64,000 nt of DNA from the NCBI RefSeq assembly GCF_036321535.1, contig NC_087437.1:105030001-105094000 (forward strand), in the 5' to 3' direction. This document shows, one piece after another, positions 38,466 through 52,576 of the stretch. The notes under the pieces were generated by a model that ran no database searches, was not told where the DNA came from, and saw only the letters and a program-made list of their open reading frames with translations. Both the position numbers and the translations under genes were made by a program. Positions within the stretch are counted from its first letter, which is position 1, and each line of letters opens with the position of its first letter. This DNA comes from Camelus dromedarius. Its lineage: Eukaryota.

Positions 38466-39681
38466 TATAAACCTCTTAGAAGAAAACATAGGCAAAACAT
38501 TATCTGACATAATCTCAGCAATGTTCTCTTAGGGCAGTCTATCCAAGCAATAGAATTAAAAGCAAAAATAAACAAATGGGATCTAATTAAATTTATAAGC
38601 TTTTGCACAGCAAAGGAAACCAAAAAGACAGACTACGGAATGGGAGAATATATTTGCAAAAGATGAGACTGACAAGGGCTTAATTTCCAGAATTTATAAA
38701 CAGCTCAGATGACTTAATATCAAAAAAACAAACAACCCAATCCAAATATGGACAGAAGACCTAAACAAGCAATTCTCCAATGAAGACATACAAATGGCCA
38801 AAAGGCACATGAAAAAATGCTCAATATCGTTAATTACGGGAGAAATGCAAATCAAAACTACAATGAGGTAACACCTCACACCAGTCAGAATGGCCATCAT
38901 TCAAAAGTCCACAAACAATGCTGGAGAGGGTGTGGAGAAAAGGGAACCCTCCTACACTGTTGGTGGGAATGTGGTTTGGTACAGCCATTATGGATAACAG
39001 TATGGAGATTCCTCAAAAGACTAAAAATAGACTTACCATATGATCCAGCAATCCCACTCCTGGGCATATATCAGAGAGAACCTTAATTCAAAAAGTTACA
39101 TGCCTCCAATGTTCACAGCAGCACTATTTACAATAGCCAAGACATGGAAAAACCTAAATGTCCATCAACAGATGACTGGATAAAGAAGTTGTGGTAAATT
39201 TATACAAAGGAATACTATTCGGCCATAAAAAAAATAAAATAATGCCATTTGCAGCAACATGGATGGCCCTGGAAAATGTCATTCTAGGTGAAGTAAGCCA
39301 AAAAAAGAAAGAAAAATACCACACAGTATCACTTATACGTGGAATCTTAAAAAAAAGATAAACAAACTTATTTACAAAACAGAAACAGACTCATAGACAT
39401 AGAAAACAAATCTATGGTTACTGGTGGGGAAGGAGATGGGAAGGGATAAATTGAGAGTTCAAGATTTGCAGATACTAACTACTGTATATAAAATAGATAA
39501 ACAAGTTTATACTATATAGCACAGGGAACCATATTCAATATCTTGCAGTAACTTATGTTGAAAAAGCATATGAAAATGAATCTATGTATGTTCACGTATG
39601 ACTGAAGCATTATGCTGTACACCAGAAATTGACACAACATTGTAAACTGACTATACCTCAATAAAAGTTTAAAAAAAAAAA
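38466..39681 (+). mobile_element. Young lineage-specific L1, 5'-truncated (~1.2 kb)
   Basis: ORF2 C-terminus [49 protein letters not shown] (ORF 38817..39086), 3' UTR, AATAAA and poly-A; perfect 14-bp TSD agaatttcaaacac at 38452-38465 and 39682-39695. Confidence 0.97.
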
Positions 39682-41544
39682 AGAATTTCAAACACAAAAT
39701 TCCATACCAAATGCAGCACCAGACATTTGGATCTCTTCTTTAAGGCAGATAACATCCCTAAGTTAAGAGAGCTGGCTTTGCTCACGGTGAGGATTGGAGC
39801 CCAAAACAGAGAGTTTTATCTGCAGCTTGTAGCCAAGGGAGAATCTGGGTTTTTCCCTCATCTTATTCTATTCAAAGCAGAGATTGGCCAAGTATTTTTC
39901 TTGCTTCCTTTGGGTTTCTAATTGGAAAGGGTGATGAAGACTTCAACATATCCTGCTGAATAAAAATCAAACATTATTTCTAAACAAAAAGATCACAGTC
40001 TGCAGACATGACTTTCGGTTCTCTTTTCTTGCAAATACACAGCTTATTTTGTGAAAAAGACATAGAGACTTTGGAATAGTTTTCTTAATTACAAAAGCAA
40101 TGAACACGGTCAATTAACCACCTTGCTTCTCGTAAGGACAAATGTTGCAGGATTAGGTAATTTTGCGGCTGGGGGTAGGGGGCAGGTAGGGGCTTTTGCC
40201 ACCTGATTTTGCACATTATCGGTTGATTTTTGTTAAATTCACTTCTAGAGTTTAGACTTGATTTCAAATTGGAGAATTTTTTCTTTTCTTTCTTGTTGCC
40301 CTCATTTTCTTTTTACTAAGAAATCTTAGTATGTGTGCATATATTGCCTATGAATAACTAAAAATCATTACATCTACTTTTCAAGCAATTCTCAGATACT
40401 CCCTGTAACTGGATCAGTAAGATGTGTGTATTTCTTTCTTGATAAAAATACATTAAAATTAGAATACCATAAAAAGACAGTGATGCTTGTGGTGTGATGA
40501 GGCAAGGAGGTGAACTGTGCACTCTTTTTTAGAAATTTTTATGCTGATTTCCACTACCTTCATACAGTGTGCCCTCATGTCTCCTGTGTAGATTACCTAT
40601 TTATGGCTGAGTTTATTTTGAATACCTTCATCTCACTAACATCATCTGGTACCTATTACTTCTCTGCATACTCTTTCTAGCAGAGAGTCAAAATGCTAAA
40701 GGAAAAGCCATTGCGTTAACTTCAGAGACTCTATTTTTATTTTGTCATTTTTTTCTTTTTACTGTGCACACTATTCCTCAAAACCCAGTAGTTCAAACTT
40801 CTTTTAAGAAGATTTTAGCATTAACAGGAAACTACTTTATTGTTGGTACAGTAGAAAAATATGTTTTAATCATTATGTTAGCTTCCCTATGTATTTCTTA
40901 GGTTTTAGCATAAAACACACATTTTCATAAGTCAAAAGCGATCAGGTATGGCAATTTCATACAGTTTGAGCTAAAATTGTTTATTTTAGAGGCAAATTGA
41001 ATTTTTTTATGTCTTAATAAATATGTATATTTCTCTTATGGCATAAGAAAATTCCTATTTGTTTCTTGACTCAAAAATTATGCTTGCTACCTATTGGGAG
41101 TTGGGAAAAATTTATTTTATCCCTCTATCAACAAGGACTCTAAAAGATTTAGCTAAAGAATGGAGATTTCCACGAAGAAGTCAGTTAATTACTTTCCAGC
41201 ATACTAGATGAGATATCATATTTTGTGTCATTTGTTTTAAAGATTACATTTCCTCTGCCTATCATGACATGGAACAAGGGGAACTCCCCTACATTGAACA
41301 AAAATTTAGAGACAAGTTCTATAAATTGCTAAGTACTATGCTGGTGATTGAAGAACATTTATTTCTAAGAGCCAGAGATTTTAGGTCAATCAGAGAAAAG
41401 TGTGTAAGATTATCCTTCACAGGCAGGATAGTTTATCTAGGTCACTGTTTTATACAGTTTTGAGTTGTAAAGCTCAAAGCATTTATTCAGCATTCAATTC
41501 ACATAGCTTCTTAAAAAAATTCATAAAAGATCAATAACTTGGAG

Positions 41545-41832
41545 TTTCTAGTTCCACATGTAAGGAATTTGGAGGTGACTATTCCATCCTAGCAACAAAT
41601 AAAAAGCTAAACAAACTGAAAAATTGACAATACTTCTTGGATTGGTAAGACAGGTGAAGACACAGGGCCAACTGCTCTCTCCAGGACTGGAGAGACAGAC
41701 AGGCAAATAAATACAGGAAGCTGCGACTCCGAGCAGACACCTCCGTGGGAACCAGGGCCAGGGCAGGAAGACGTGACCTGTAATTGACAAACTGCTGGAG
41801 GTGCAGTGTGGGCAGCTCTCAGAGCCATAAAG
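41545..41832 (+). mobile_element. Ancient L1M 5' region fragment (L1MD/L1M4-like)
   Basis: 'ccatcctagcaacaaataaaaagctaaacaaactgaaaa...cacagggccaactgc...ctggagagacagacagg'. Confidence 0.6.
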
Positions 41833-43034
41833 CAAGAGCATATTAAGTATAATGCTTGTAAGAGAGTCCATTATTAGGTATATACTATTAAAATATTAAC
41901 ATAAAAGTATATGCCCAGAACTGAAGCAAATGTCCACACCTATGAATGGTTATCTAAATGTTCACACAGGCAACCTGCCCCTCACTGCTACCCCAATGAA
42001 CAACTCTGTGGTATACTGCTCAGAGGTCTACATACCCAAGATGCAGCCTGTCTCTCAAATACATCCAAAAGTTATTTAGAAATTGGTTAATTTACTAGCT
42101 CTGCTTTTTGATTCCTCCATTGTCACCTCAAAACATCTTAAAAACCTGGAAGTTTAAAATAAAAAATAGACTTTGAAAAAAAAAGGAATAAATTTTGCCC
42201 ATAATAAACATAGGTACTTGACAAAAAATGCACATATGAAACATTACAGTCCAAAACTGTCTTCTAGATATGGAAGTACTAGTAAAGAGCCCTTCCTCGT
42301 GTCCACTTTCTTCTCCCTCCTCCACATCCCAATGAACTAAATATAGAAATGCATCTAGCTCCAAGAGGTGGCTTAACAATGGTCAGAAACAGTCCTCCTT
42401 GTAAGTTAACAAAATGACAATTATAAAGGATTTATTTATTTTTTCACCTGTACCTTTCATATACTTTTGGCACTTAGGATTTGTCTTTTATATACACAAA
42501 ATATTAAATAAAACACATAGAGCAATGGTTAAATAATCTGATCTCAAGAAAATAGAACCCTCCGTCTGCATTTCCTCCCCTGCCAAGATCCAGTGAACAG
42601 TCAGCATGCTACTGTAAGAGATCAAGTTTTACAATTCCATTTCCAAAACACAGTCATTTCTATGAATTCACACACACATAAAATTAGAGTATTATTTCAC
42701 ATTTTCTATATTCTCTATTCTGTATACTTCTAAACTTCTAGATAGATGCTTCAAGTTAGAACTCAAATTTGTCCACTGCACACACATACATATGAATAAG
42801 TTACACACATATAGCAGAGGCTATACCCTGAAAGTGTCTTTTAAATAGCATTCTGGCCTAGAACTGCCCCTCCTCTTAGTTCTATCAACTCAATGGACTG
42901 TAAGCATCGCTAATGGATGGAATTGATTTTAATAATTTCACTTCCACACACCATTTTCAGAAGGCAACCTTGCCTATGTATTTTAACTGCTTTTGTCATA
43001 TCTTGGCAACCTCATTAAAACTGATGAAGATTAA

Positions 43035-43480
43035 ATGTTGTAAAAGCGTTACTCATTTGTCCATCTTCTTGTCAGGGGAAGTCATCATGAGGACATGACC
43101 ACCAGTTGACCCATAGCTGTACCAGGTGACTGGAGGCTCCTTCCCCTCTCCTCTGTCCCTGGAATGTATGCTCAGCCCTCTAGTCCCCCACTAGGAGGCA
43201 GTTTCAAGGAAGTAATGAGAGAGTAATATGCTGTTGAGACCATCTGGATGGTATATGTGACTGGACCCAGTTAAGGTCTCTGTGTAAACTTGTGAGAGTC
43301 TGGTGATGGGTTTCGAGATCTATTCATCTTGTAGTCACCCAAGACAGGCCTTGTATGCAAGTTTCCTTGTTTATTAAACCTGCCACTTACCAAGCTAGAC
43401 TGAACTGCCTCTTTCGTTCATGTCTCAATGGCCTCCATATAAGGGGGCCAGTTTCAGATTTCATCTAAGAAACTCCTGAG
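43035..43480 (+). mobile_element. Old ERV solo LTR (family uncertain)
   Basis: GC-richer island with ATTAAA signal, 'aagtttccttgtttattaaacctgccacttacc', followed by a U5-like tail. Confidence 0.55.
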
Positions 43481-44569
43481 GTTTCAAATGAGTACCTAGA
43501 TGTTGTATACACAGCAAAGTAAAACACAAAGCACAGAACACAGTGGAGGATGGTTAATTTTGTCTCTCTATAAAAACGCAGCCGTTCATATTTCTTTGCC
43601 CTCTTCCCTCTTCCAAGCAATGTGAACACAACGCTCATCTTCTCAGTATGGCAGTGTGGTCACTCTATTTCCAAAAATATGTATGTATTTCATATATATA
43701 ATTTTTTAAAAAAGGTATTAAAAACATTTTATTTTACTATCTCTACTTTTAACATGTCACACACCAGATCATCTAGAAACACTGGCTATTTCCAAAACAA
43801 TGTGGCATTGTCAACTATATATACATGGTGAGGACCAAAATGTGCACACAGAACGTGGTTATAATACTAATATGTCTTTCAAATAAGACCAGCCTGGCAG
43901 AGAAGCTTTTTTCTTGTTGTGAAGACTTTCTGCTCTACCTCTCCAATCTGCCAAACAAACGTGGGTATGATGCTCCTGGGATTATTTATAGAAGTGATGG
44001 TCTAACAATTTCATTTCCAAAAGTTCTTTTGAGAAGACGTTTTTCTTCTATCATTTTTGAAGAACATTTACAACATGTGATTTTATAACTCATTATTACC
44101 ATATGGTAGCAACCCACTTACAATTAGAATGCCTAGATATAGCAAAATGGTCTAATCTGCAAAAGTTCCAGGAAAGTTTGAGAGCATTGTGATAGATACA
44201 CAGACCTTCTATAAATGGCCAAAAAATCTCACCAAAGAGTAGTGACAACAAATATGAAATATCATTCTACACTTTACCTCTTCCAATATCAAGGTCAAGT
44301 ATAAAGAAAATCACACATAGGTAGGCTGCTGACCACTCTCCATTCCCCTTTAGGAAACTATTGGACCTTGCCTGGACAGATGGAGTCTTGTTCAGTTAGA
44401 ACAAGATAGTGACCCAAGGTCCCAGATCTCTGTGGCACCAAGGCTCTCATTAGAGGTGCGGGAGCTGTGAACTACTCTCTACGCTCCCAACTTCTTGAGT
44501 CGTGGAGAATCCTCCTCCAGCATTGACTTTGTTATGGTGTCCCTTGTTCTTTTGGCCCAATGGCACTAG

Positions 44570-45295
44570 AATTTTCTATGTATCAGGTCATGTCATCTGA
44601 AATAGAGATAGTATTTTTTCTTTCCAAGCTAAGGCCTTTCACTTTAACGTCTTGTCTAAGTAACTTGCCTATATCCCCACGCTGAGTAAAAGTGGCAGGA
44701 GCAAGCATCTTTGTTTTATTCTTTATCTCGGGGAAAAGTATTGAATATTTTACCATTAAGAATGAAATTAGCAGTGAATTTTTGTAGGTTCCTTTTATTA
44801 GGTTAAGGAAGTCCCCTTCTATTCCTAGTTTGTTAAATGATTTTATCTTGAAAAGATGTTGAATTTTGTCAATTGCTTTTCTCACATCTACTATGATGAC
44901 CACGTGTTTTTCTCTTCTCTGTTAATATACTGTAATACATTAGTTAATTTTTGTGTTTTGAACCAATGTTGCATTTCTGGAATTAACCTCACTTGGTTTT
45001 TGTGAATAATTTTTTTCTAATATGTTTGGATTTGACTTCGCACTACTTGGTTGTGTCTATATTCATAAGAAATATTGTTCTGTAATATTTTTTTTGTGAT
45101 ATCTTCATATAGTTTTGGTATCAGGGTAATAATGGGCTGACAGAATAAGCTGGAAAACATTCCCTCTTTTCCATTTTTTTGTGTGTCTAAGTGTTTGTGA
45201 AGGATTGATTTTAGTTCTTTAAATGTTTGGTAAAATTCACCAGTGGAATTACCTGAACTTGGGTTTTTCTTTACAGGAAATTTTAAATTACTAGT
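44570..45295 (-). mobile_element. Ancient L1M ORF2 reverse-transcriptase fragment
   Basis: ORF 44583..44903 VIIVDVRKAIDKIQHLFKIKSFNKLGIEGDFLNLIK matches L1 RT (MIISIDAEKAFDKIQHPFMIK.L.KLGIEG.FLNLIK). Confidence 0.9.
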
Positions 45296-45349
45296 TCTCT
45301 TCCCTTTGACATCATCTCAAAATTCCTACTCAATCTTTGTGCCATTATT

Positions 45350-46110
45350 CTATTTTTAAAACATTTTTTAATAATATCTGACTTAACATGAAAAGTTGCA
45401 AAAATAATGCAAACAATTTTCATTTAACTTTCTCAAATCCTCACACATTTACATTTCACACACTTGGTATATTCTTTCTTTCTTTCTTATTTTCTGAAAA
45501 TATTGAGCATTAAGTTGCAGAGATATGTCCTTTTAGCTCTAAGTACTCCACTGTACATTTTCTAAAAGAAAAGATAAGCACTTATCTAGGAAATATGATG
45601 GTCAAAGTCATAAAATTACACATTGATATCTTGTTCCATTTGCGATCCAATATAGCATCATACATATTTAATTGTTATGTGCATTAAACATGGACCAGAT
45701 CCTCAGTCTTGCTTTTTCTTAACACTTATGAAGAGTTAAGACTACTTCGTAGATTGTCCCTCAGTGTGAGTCTGTCTGATGTTTTTTCATGGATTCAGGC
45801 AATGTAATTTTGGTAATAATATCAAAGGAATAATAAGTGTTCTTCTCAGTGTATCATGTCAAGAGGCACAGAATGTTAATTTGTCGTATGACTGGTGATG
45901 TTAATTTTGATCATTTGGTTAAGGCTGTGCCTGCCAGGTTTTTCCACTGTAAACTCAACATTTTCACCCTTGTAATTTATAAGTACTTAAATGGAGATAC
46001 TTTGGGACCAAATATATATTCCAATTGTACTTAAATTTTTGCTCACTACTTTTGTCATTCACTGGCCATTTTTGCTCAAAGAAATTATTATTGTGGTAAT
46101 TGCTAAGTGT
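45350..46110 (-). mobile_element. Ancient L1MC4/5- or L1ME-like 3' end
   Basis: 'ctggtgatgttaattttgatcatttggttaagg..gtgcctgccaggtttttccactgtaaa...cccttgtaatttataagta'. Confidence 0.75.
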
Positions 46111-47651
46111 GACATGCCATCATCTTTTAAAAGAAAGGAATCAAGTCTGTATCATAAATAGTATAGCCAAACAAAATACCTATACCAAAAAGAAAAAGGA
46201 TAAATTAATTTATTCATTAGATTCTACTGTCATTTTGCACATTCTGATTGGTTTCATAATTTAAGATCCTGGGCTAGTTTATAGCTTCATAGTAGTTTCA
46301 GGCAAAAGTTTATTCAAAAGATAAAAGAACTTAAATGGAATAAACAAAACCACTTCAAAATTTAATTTTGATGTAGATATTTATTTTTTAATTTAAAACT
46401 TCAACAATTGCTTTGGTTAATGCAACATTATAACAGAGCATGTGCAATTTGGCAAAACACTTGTCATTGTCACAATGAATTTTTACTTAGAACAAGCAGA
46501 TATTCATCACGTTTTAGATGGAACTTCCAGCATCTCAGATCAGAAGGGAGGCAGTGATTGACAAAGTGTTTATGTGACAGATACAATCACCATACAAATA
46601 CCCATCTGATGAACTTGAAAATTAACTTACTGCATGGAACAGAAGTGCATGCTTTTAGAATCTAAATTCCATTGCTTGTTTCAGCTAAAAGAGAGTAGAT
46701 GCACAAAACTAATAAAGTAAAACAAAATTATTTTCTTCACTAAGACATTACAAACAACTGATGGCTGGAAGATGCACAGACCAGATCTGCATCCCAAGGA
46801 CATGCAATGAGTGAAATACATTTTACTTAAAGGAATTATATCATTATTTTGCTTGAACATAGTGTGCATTAACAACCTGCTAGTGAAATTTACTTTGATC
46901 TTCTTAGCCTCCAGAACCAGAGATGCACCTGCAGTGGATCATAGTAACTACACTATGCTTCTAGTTTACTAATCCCTTGGTTTCCAATCCTGGATTCCCA
47001 ACTCCTCCTTCCTGTCCGCTCATATGCTTCCCAGGGACTCATTTCACTTTCTCCTATTTCACAATATTATCTCTAGGACCTTGCTCCTACACTCCTCATG
47101 ATCCTAAGAATGTTTACAACCCAACTTTCTTCCAACCTAGCTCAGTTTCTTCACCTTTAACCCAGTAATGTCTAATTCACAGCAACGAGAAAGCAGCACC
47201 AGAAATCAAAAACAAAGAAAAGCAATAAGACCCTGCACTAGAGGGACATTACAAGAGATGCTGCCAAATCTGACAGGTGAACTGCATGGAGCCAGCATCT
47301 CCAGAGTCCCCGGGGGATAAAGCATTGTATAGAGTTCACTGTGTATCATCAGTGTCAAACAGGTCAAAAGGCAGCCCTTATCACACTACCAGCCTCAAGG
47401 AGAGTTTCAAAGCCCTTACCCAACAGGCAGAAAAAAATGTACCCCTAGACAAATTATAGTTTGGGATTCTAGTTTTCGGGCTGGTAGGTCCCAAGAGGAA
47501 AATTGCTTTGCATCTGGTAAGAAAAGATCAACAATCTTTAATTCTATCAGGAGTTTAATCTTGTAATGAAGCCTGAAAATTCCATTTTTGTTAATAGAGA
47601 AGGAACCAGCATGAAATGTGGAGAGCAAAACATTTTACTGGCAGCTAACAC

Positions 47652-47686
47652 AGCCACAATGAGTCATCATAGACTCAGCGTATAAA
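47652..47686 (+). promoter_or_regulatory. Candidate regulatory motif cluster: RUNX-like, AP-1, AP-1-like, TATA
   Basis: AGCCACA 47652-47658, TGAGTCA 47660-47666, AGACTCA 47671-47677, TATAAA 47681-47686 in non-repetitive DNA; motif matches only. Confidence 0.3.
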
Positions 47687-48186
47687 TTTGATTTAATTAG
47701 ATTGAAGAGAAGGAGGGCGAACATGGACTGAACCAGCACAGTCAGCCAAATGCACACAAATTGTATTACCGGTGGAGAGATAACACGCCTTAGGTTTAGA
47801 GCTGAGGTTTTCATCTTTGCGCCATTCTTAAGTGTCCTGACACAAAGCGGTATCTGTCTTACTTAAAAGCATTTATCCTTGCTGGAAATCTTGCCTCATT
47901 TCTGATATGGCTTCTTTGGAACAGTACTTCAGTTGTACTCACAGATAAAACCAATAAAAGAATCCGGTAAGTGGGAATGCTCATTACTTCGGGTCATTTC
48001 TTAATGGTCCTAGAAATCCACTTTTCTGTATCAATGTATAATGTCCTCTACCTCTGAGTACAAAGCTGCTTATCAAAATGCAGATAGGATCAACATTCAC
48101 TTGTTTTCCTTAGGGTCCAGGTTGTTCTCCGAATCGTTGCTAAAGAAATCTATTACACTGAGACTGAATTAATTATTCTTCACGCA

Positions 48187-48385
48187 GAAAGGCAGTATGG
48201 CATAAAGAAGTAACTGGATTGAAGTCAGGAAGCCTGGAACTTTCTGCCAGTTTCGCTACCAAGGCAAATAACTCACTTTTTTTTTTAAAGGTTTCTGAGT
48301 GACCTTTCTGTACCTAAAGATTTCTCATTTGTAAAAATAAAAGGGTTGTTGGGAGAGTTCTTCAGAGTTCTACAATTCTATGACC
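48187..48385 (+). mobile_element. MIR3/MIR SINE remnant
   Basis: 'gaaaggcagtatggcata...actggattgaagtcaggaagcctgg...tttctcatttgtaaaaataaaagggttg...aattctatga'. Confidence 0.7.
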
Positions 48386-48779
48386 TCAGCCTGGCTTATT
48401 AGATTTATAATAAGCAAAATCAGCATAGATTCATTAACGATGCCATCCCTCATGTCATTCATTAAAAATCCACAAATTACATAAAGCAATGGTCAGAATG
48501 ACCAAAACCAAAGACTGCATTTTAAATTGTGGCTTTAGCTTTGATTTTTTTGGTAGTTATAAACACAAAAATGTACACACACACAAAATATACAGCCAGG
48601 TCCAAAATATTACATTGAATACCCTTTAGCAATAGACTTCAAAAATATTCTACGTTGTAAAAATAAAATAAAATCCCCTAAAGAAAAGTAAAAATCCACT
48701 AAGGGAAGAGAAATCCCTTAAGGGAAGAACATAGAAAATTGCCTGGTGTGGCCAACAGTGACTCAGGGTAAAATAAAGC

Positions 48780-49170
48780 CAGGTAGTCGTGACAGATCTG
48801 GGGTTCTGTCACGTACTCTGTGTTCTTAGAAAAACCACGAACAAAAACTACAGAGATTTCTGATTCTGCTAAGGGTCCAACCTGGAAAATTTGCTTAGAA
48901 GAAGCTCCAATCATAGCCAATCATCAGAAACTTGTGGTCCAACGAGGACTTATGGTGAGGCTGCAATGGCCATCCAACCTCCTTACAAGTCTCCCAACTA
49001 TGACTTTGGGTTTTGCTTTGATAAATTCCCCACCTCCTTCACAGGCTGAAAAATAGGGGAATGCATTTTCAGTTTGTAACCCAAGGCTTCGTATTCCTGG
49101 TTTGCAGACCTTGTGAAAAATAAAGCTGTCCTTTTGCTTTGAGATAACCTTGATTCTTTCCTGGGATTTA
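48780..49170 (+). mobile_element. Old ERV1 LTR (MER90/MER110-like)
   Basis: 'gaatgcattttcagtttgtaacccaaggct...cctggtttgcagac...aaaaataaagctgtcctttt'; left boundary approximate. Confidence 0.55.
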
Positions 49171-50829
49171 CTTCTAATTTAGGTCGACAATTTAGTTTTA
49201 AGGTGTTCTTAATACTTATAAAGGAACCAGCATTGAAGAAAACATGAAAATCCATCATTATTTCACTTCTTCATAGTTTATATATGTTGGCTTTTTCCTA
49301 ATTTGCTAATGACCTCTGTGAATACAAGACGTTTCTTTAATTGTGAGATTAATATTCAACAGTCAATCAAAGCTGATGCTTATAGTTTTAGTTCCTTCTC
49401 ATATTTAGAATTATTTTTAGCATGGTCCTGGTTGCCGAATACTGTATTCATTATTTTGGGGGCGGGTAAGGAGGGTTGGTTGTACAAAGCTTAGTTTTTG
49501 TTGCTGTGGTTTCCTTCTTGGCTCCAACTTGCAGTAAACACACCTTTGCTTCCTTTTAAAGGAGCTTCTTGCAGAAGGTCATTTATTTGGAAGTTACTTA
49601 TCTGTGAAAAATCCTAATTGCTCGGTTTTTGACAAAATGAGCAATCTAGCACTGCATTTGAATGCCGAATAACAGGCAAACCCACAGAGGTGGAAATAAG
49701 AGAAAAAAAAAAATCCAGTTAAAGAAAATAGTTAAATGCATCTTCTTGTTAAAAGGGTTAAGAAGAAAAGCATTTCCACCAGTGACACTAAAGTTAAAAC
49801 AGCATAGAGTTTATGATGTTTTCCCTTTAAAGTTAAAGTAAGAGAAGAAATAATTTATGACTGCTTTGAGTTGGTGTTTTCCTTTCCATGGAGACTTAGT
49901 GCCCCCTACTGATCCTCAAAAATGTTTTCTATTAGCAATATTTTCTGGTATTCTTTTTGGGGAAGTCTTTTTCTATTATGGTAATTATGATAATCCTCCA
50001 ACAACATTATTTTACTCATCTGTGCTTTGCCAAGGTGTTGAATAGAAGCGAGTTCAAATCAGACTTCAAGGCAGATTACTGCAAACTCAACGGAAGTTGC
50101 CAGTTAAACACAATGCACCATTTTCAGAATCAACTGATATGCATGTGTTTTTGTTGAATTGTTTCTGAACCATAAGGTAAACTAGTGATGGATTTTCTTT
50201 TTTTCTCTCCTTTTGAAAGTTTAAACCTATATTTAAAAGTTATTATGGGCTTTTGGTAGACTATAGGTAAGCCTATCAAAAATAGGCTTTTAATGGAAAA
50301 GGGCCATCCATTAACAAAACCTTCCCCACCCTTGCTCCCAGAGGCAACATGGTTTCTGTGTTCTAGCTGCACCTTGGATATCTACCTCTATATTTCTAAA
50401 TAAAATACTCATTCTTCCATTTCTCTTTTTCTCTCTTTCTTTCTCATTTTATTAAATCAGCCATTTTTTAAATTGACTTCCTATAATGGAAGATAAAAAT
50501 TAAGCTCTCTCTCCCCACCATACACAAAGCTATACACACATACACAAATCACATCCCTCATCAAATATCACACACCACATAACAATATCACTCACAGATA
50601 ATCTTTTATTATATAATAATTGCAAATATTTTCTTGTGTATATTTGCCTGTCCTACAAACTACAATAACCCTAAATTCTTTTCTTCTATATAACCATCAT
50701 GAAATACTGGTGTACCATGTGTTATTTACACACATGTTATGTTATTTATGCACAGAGATTTCTGCGTATGAATGACCCGTGTACATTGTTTAATTCAAAC
50801 TGGATAAAGGTATTTAGTGAATTTGCAGA

Positions 50830-51005
50830 GCAAAGAAAGCATCTCTTTTTGTTGAGTCCTTGACTGGATTCCAGAAACCTTCACGCTAGTCGGAACTCTG
50901 CCACTTACCCGCTGTGGAAGCTTGGGTATGTCATTTTACCTCTGAAGCTCTCAGATTCTTCATCTGTAGAATGAAGACATTGGCGTCTACTTTCTAAAAT
51001 TCTGA
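50830..51005 (+). mobile_element. MIR SINE remnant
   Basis: 'ctctgccacttacccgctgtggaagcttgggtatgtcattttacctctgaagctctcagattcttcatctgtagaatg'. Confidence 0.75.
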
Positions 51006-51216
51006 TTCAACTCTAATATAAAAATATTATGTGATATCATATAAGATAGAGTGCATTTGATTGCATTACTTTAGATGCTCTAATAAGTTTAAACTCCACA
51101 AGACTAATATTATTTCTTAGTATCTAATCTTGGAGTAGTGAAAGCATGGTCTTGCCTGTGAGTGAGACTTTCTATACAGTGGGTGCCTTATTTTAAGTTC
51201 TAAAACCTGGGAAGAG

Positions 51217-51355
51217 AGCTATCAAACTTTAACCTGCATCCAATTATTCACCTGGGTTCATGTTAAGATGCTGATTCTAATTCTGTAGATCTGAGGACAG
51301 GCCTGAATTACTGCTTTTCTAACAAGTTTCACAAATCTCGGAGCAGCAAGGGCCT
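51217..51355. mobile_element. MER5-like hAT-Charlie MITE
   Basis: 'tcaaactttaacctgcatc...ttctaattctgtagatctgaggacaggcctga...gcttttctaacaagtt'. Confidence 0.65.
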
Positions 51356-52576
51356 ACAGTTTAATTTCACCTGGACGCATACAGAGAGGAAACCTACAGA
51401 ACTGCCTGCAGTGAGCAGAGCATCATTTTCTCTGACATATAGATCAAGTTACCCTAAAGGATTTTGAGTCAGGATATAGGGAAATTGTCAGTGGTGTTCC
51501 TGTACAAGTCAATTGACTATGTATAAACATTATCTTTTGACTCAATGCAGACCATTGTATCTATAGGCCCTTAATAGAACTCAATCAGCAAAAAGATGGA
51601 AAAACTTGAGTAATAATTCAGAGGCTCTATTTAAACATCATATGATATCCACTTATCAGCAAATTGTCAGCTTATTGAACACTTTACTTTTTTACCGAAA
51701 CAATAGATTTACCTCCCGGAGCTGTGAGTTTGTAGTTAACAAAATTTGTCCAAATTACGCGCAAAGCATTTATACCTAAAGTTAATGCTTCCTCTTATAA
51801 GAAATGCAATATTTTAATTCTTTTTCAAATCCTATCACAGAAACTATATAAATTAGAGAAGTACATTTAACATTAGCACTTGATCACAAAATCTGACCAC
51901 AAAGCTTGCTATACTGAGGAACAGTACCCAAGAAATACATCCTCATACAAATTATTTTACCCCAAAACCTCAAAAACAAAAGCAAACAAAGAGAAAGTAA
52001 ATTCCAGTGATTTTCAGAACACAGTTGAGACTGCCGGAACACCGTCTGCTTTGAATAATGTGTCCTCCCTAGCAATACTCCACCAGAACCCACTGAGTTG
52101 AATCAGTAACACGTTCTTCTGTCGCTTATGAGGAAAGACTACAAAATGCAGTACTTTTTTTTTTTTTTAATTCAATGCACCTAGTTCTAAGACCATGCCC
52201 ATAAATCATTGCCTTTGACCCCTGCAACCTCATTTCACTACACTAGAGAGGGAAAAAGGCCTACATTATTTCCTCAAGAAATCAAGAAAATCAAAGTCAA
52301 TTTCCTTTTGAACTCTCCTTCAAAGGTATCAAGGAGAAGTAATCATCTTCTTACAAATCCTCCCACGACCTCCTTTTTAATGCTCACTAGAGATCTGCAC
52401 AGACTCTTGTTTGACACCTGAATGCCTCTCCTCATACTGAATTTAATGGACAGCCCGACCTTCAAAAAGTGGTCCTGATTAAATCGATCAAATATGTATC
52501 CTCTCCAGGCAAAAGTGGTAGCCAACAGCCTTCGTTATTTCTTAAAAACTTTCCTCTCTTGAAGAAAGAGAAAGTA

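Noticed and set aside
50015..50105. Acceptor-like ctgtgctttgccaag followed by an open frame (VLNRSEFKSDFKADYCKLNGSCQ)
   Set aside because: No convincing donor site and no recognisable protein
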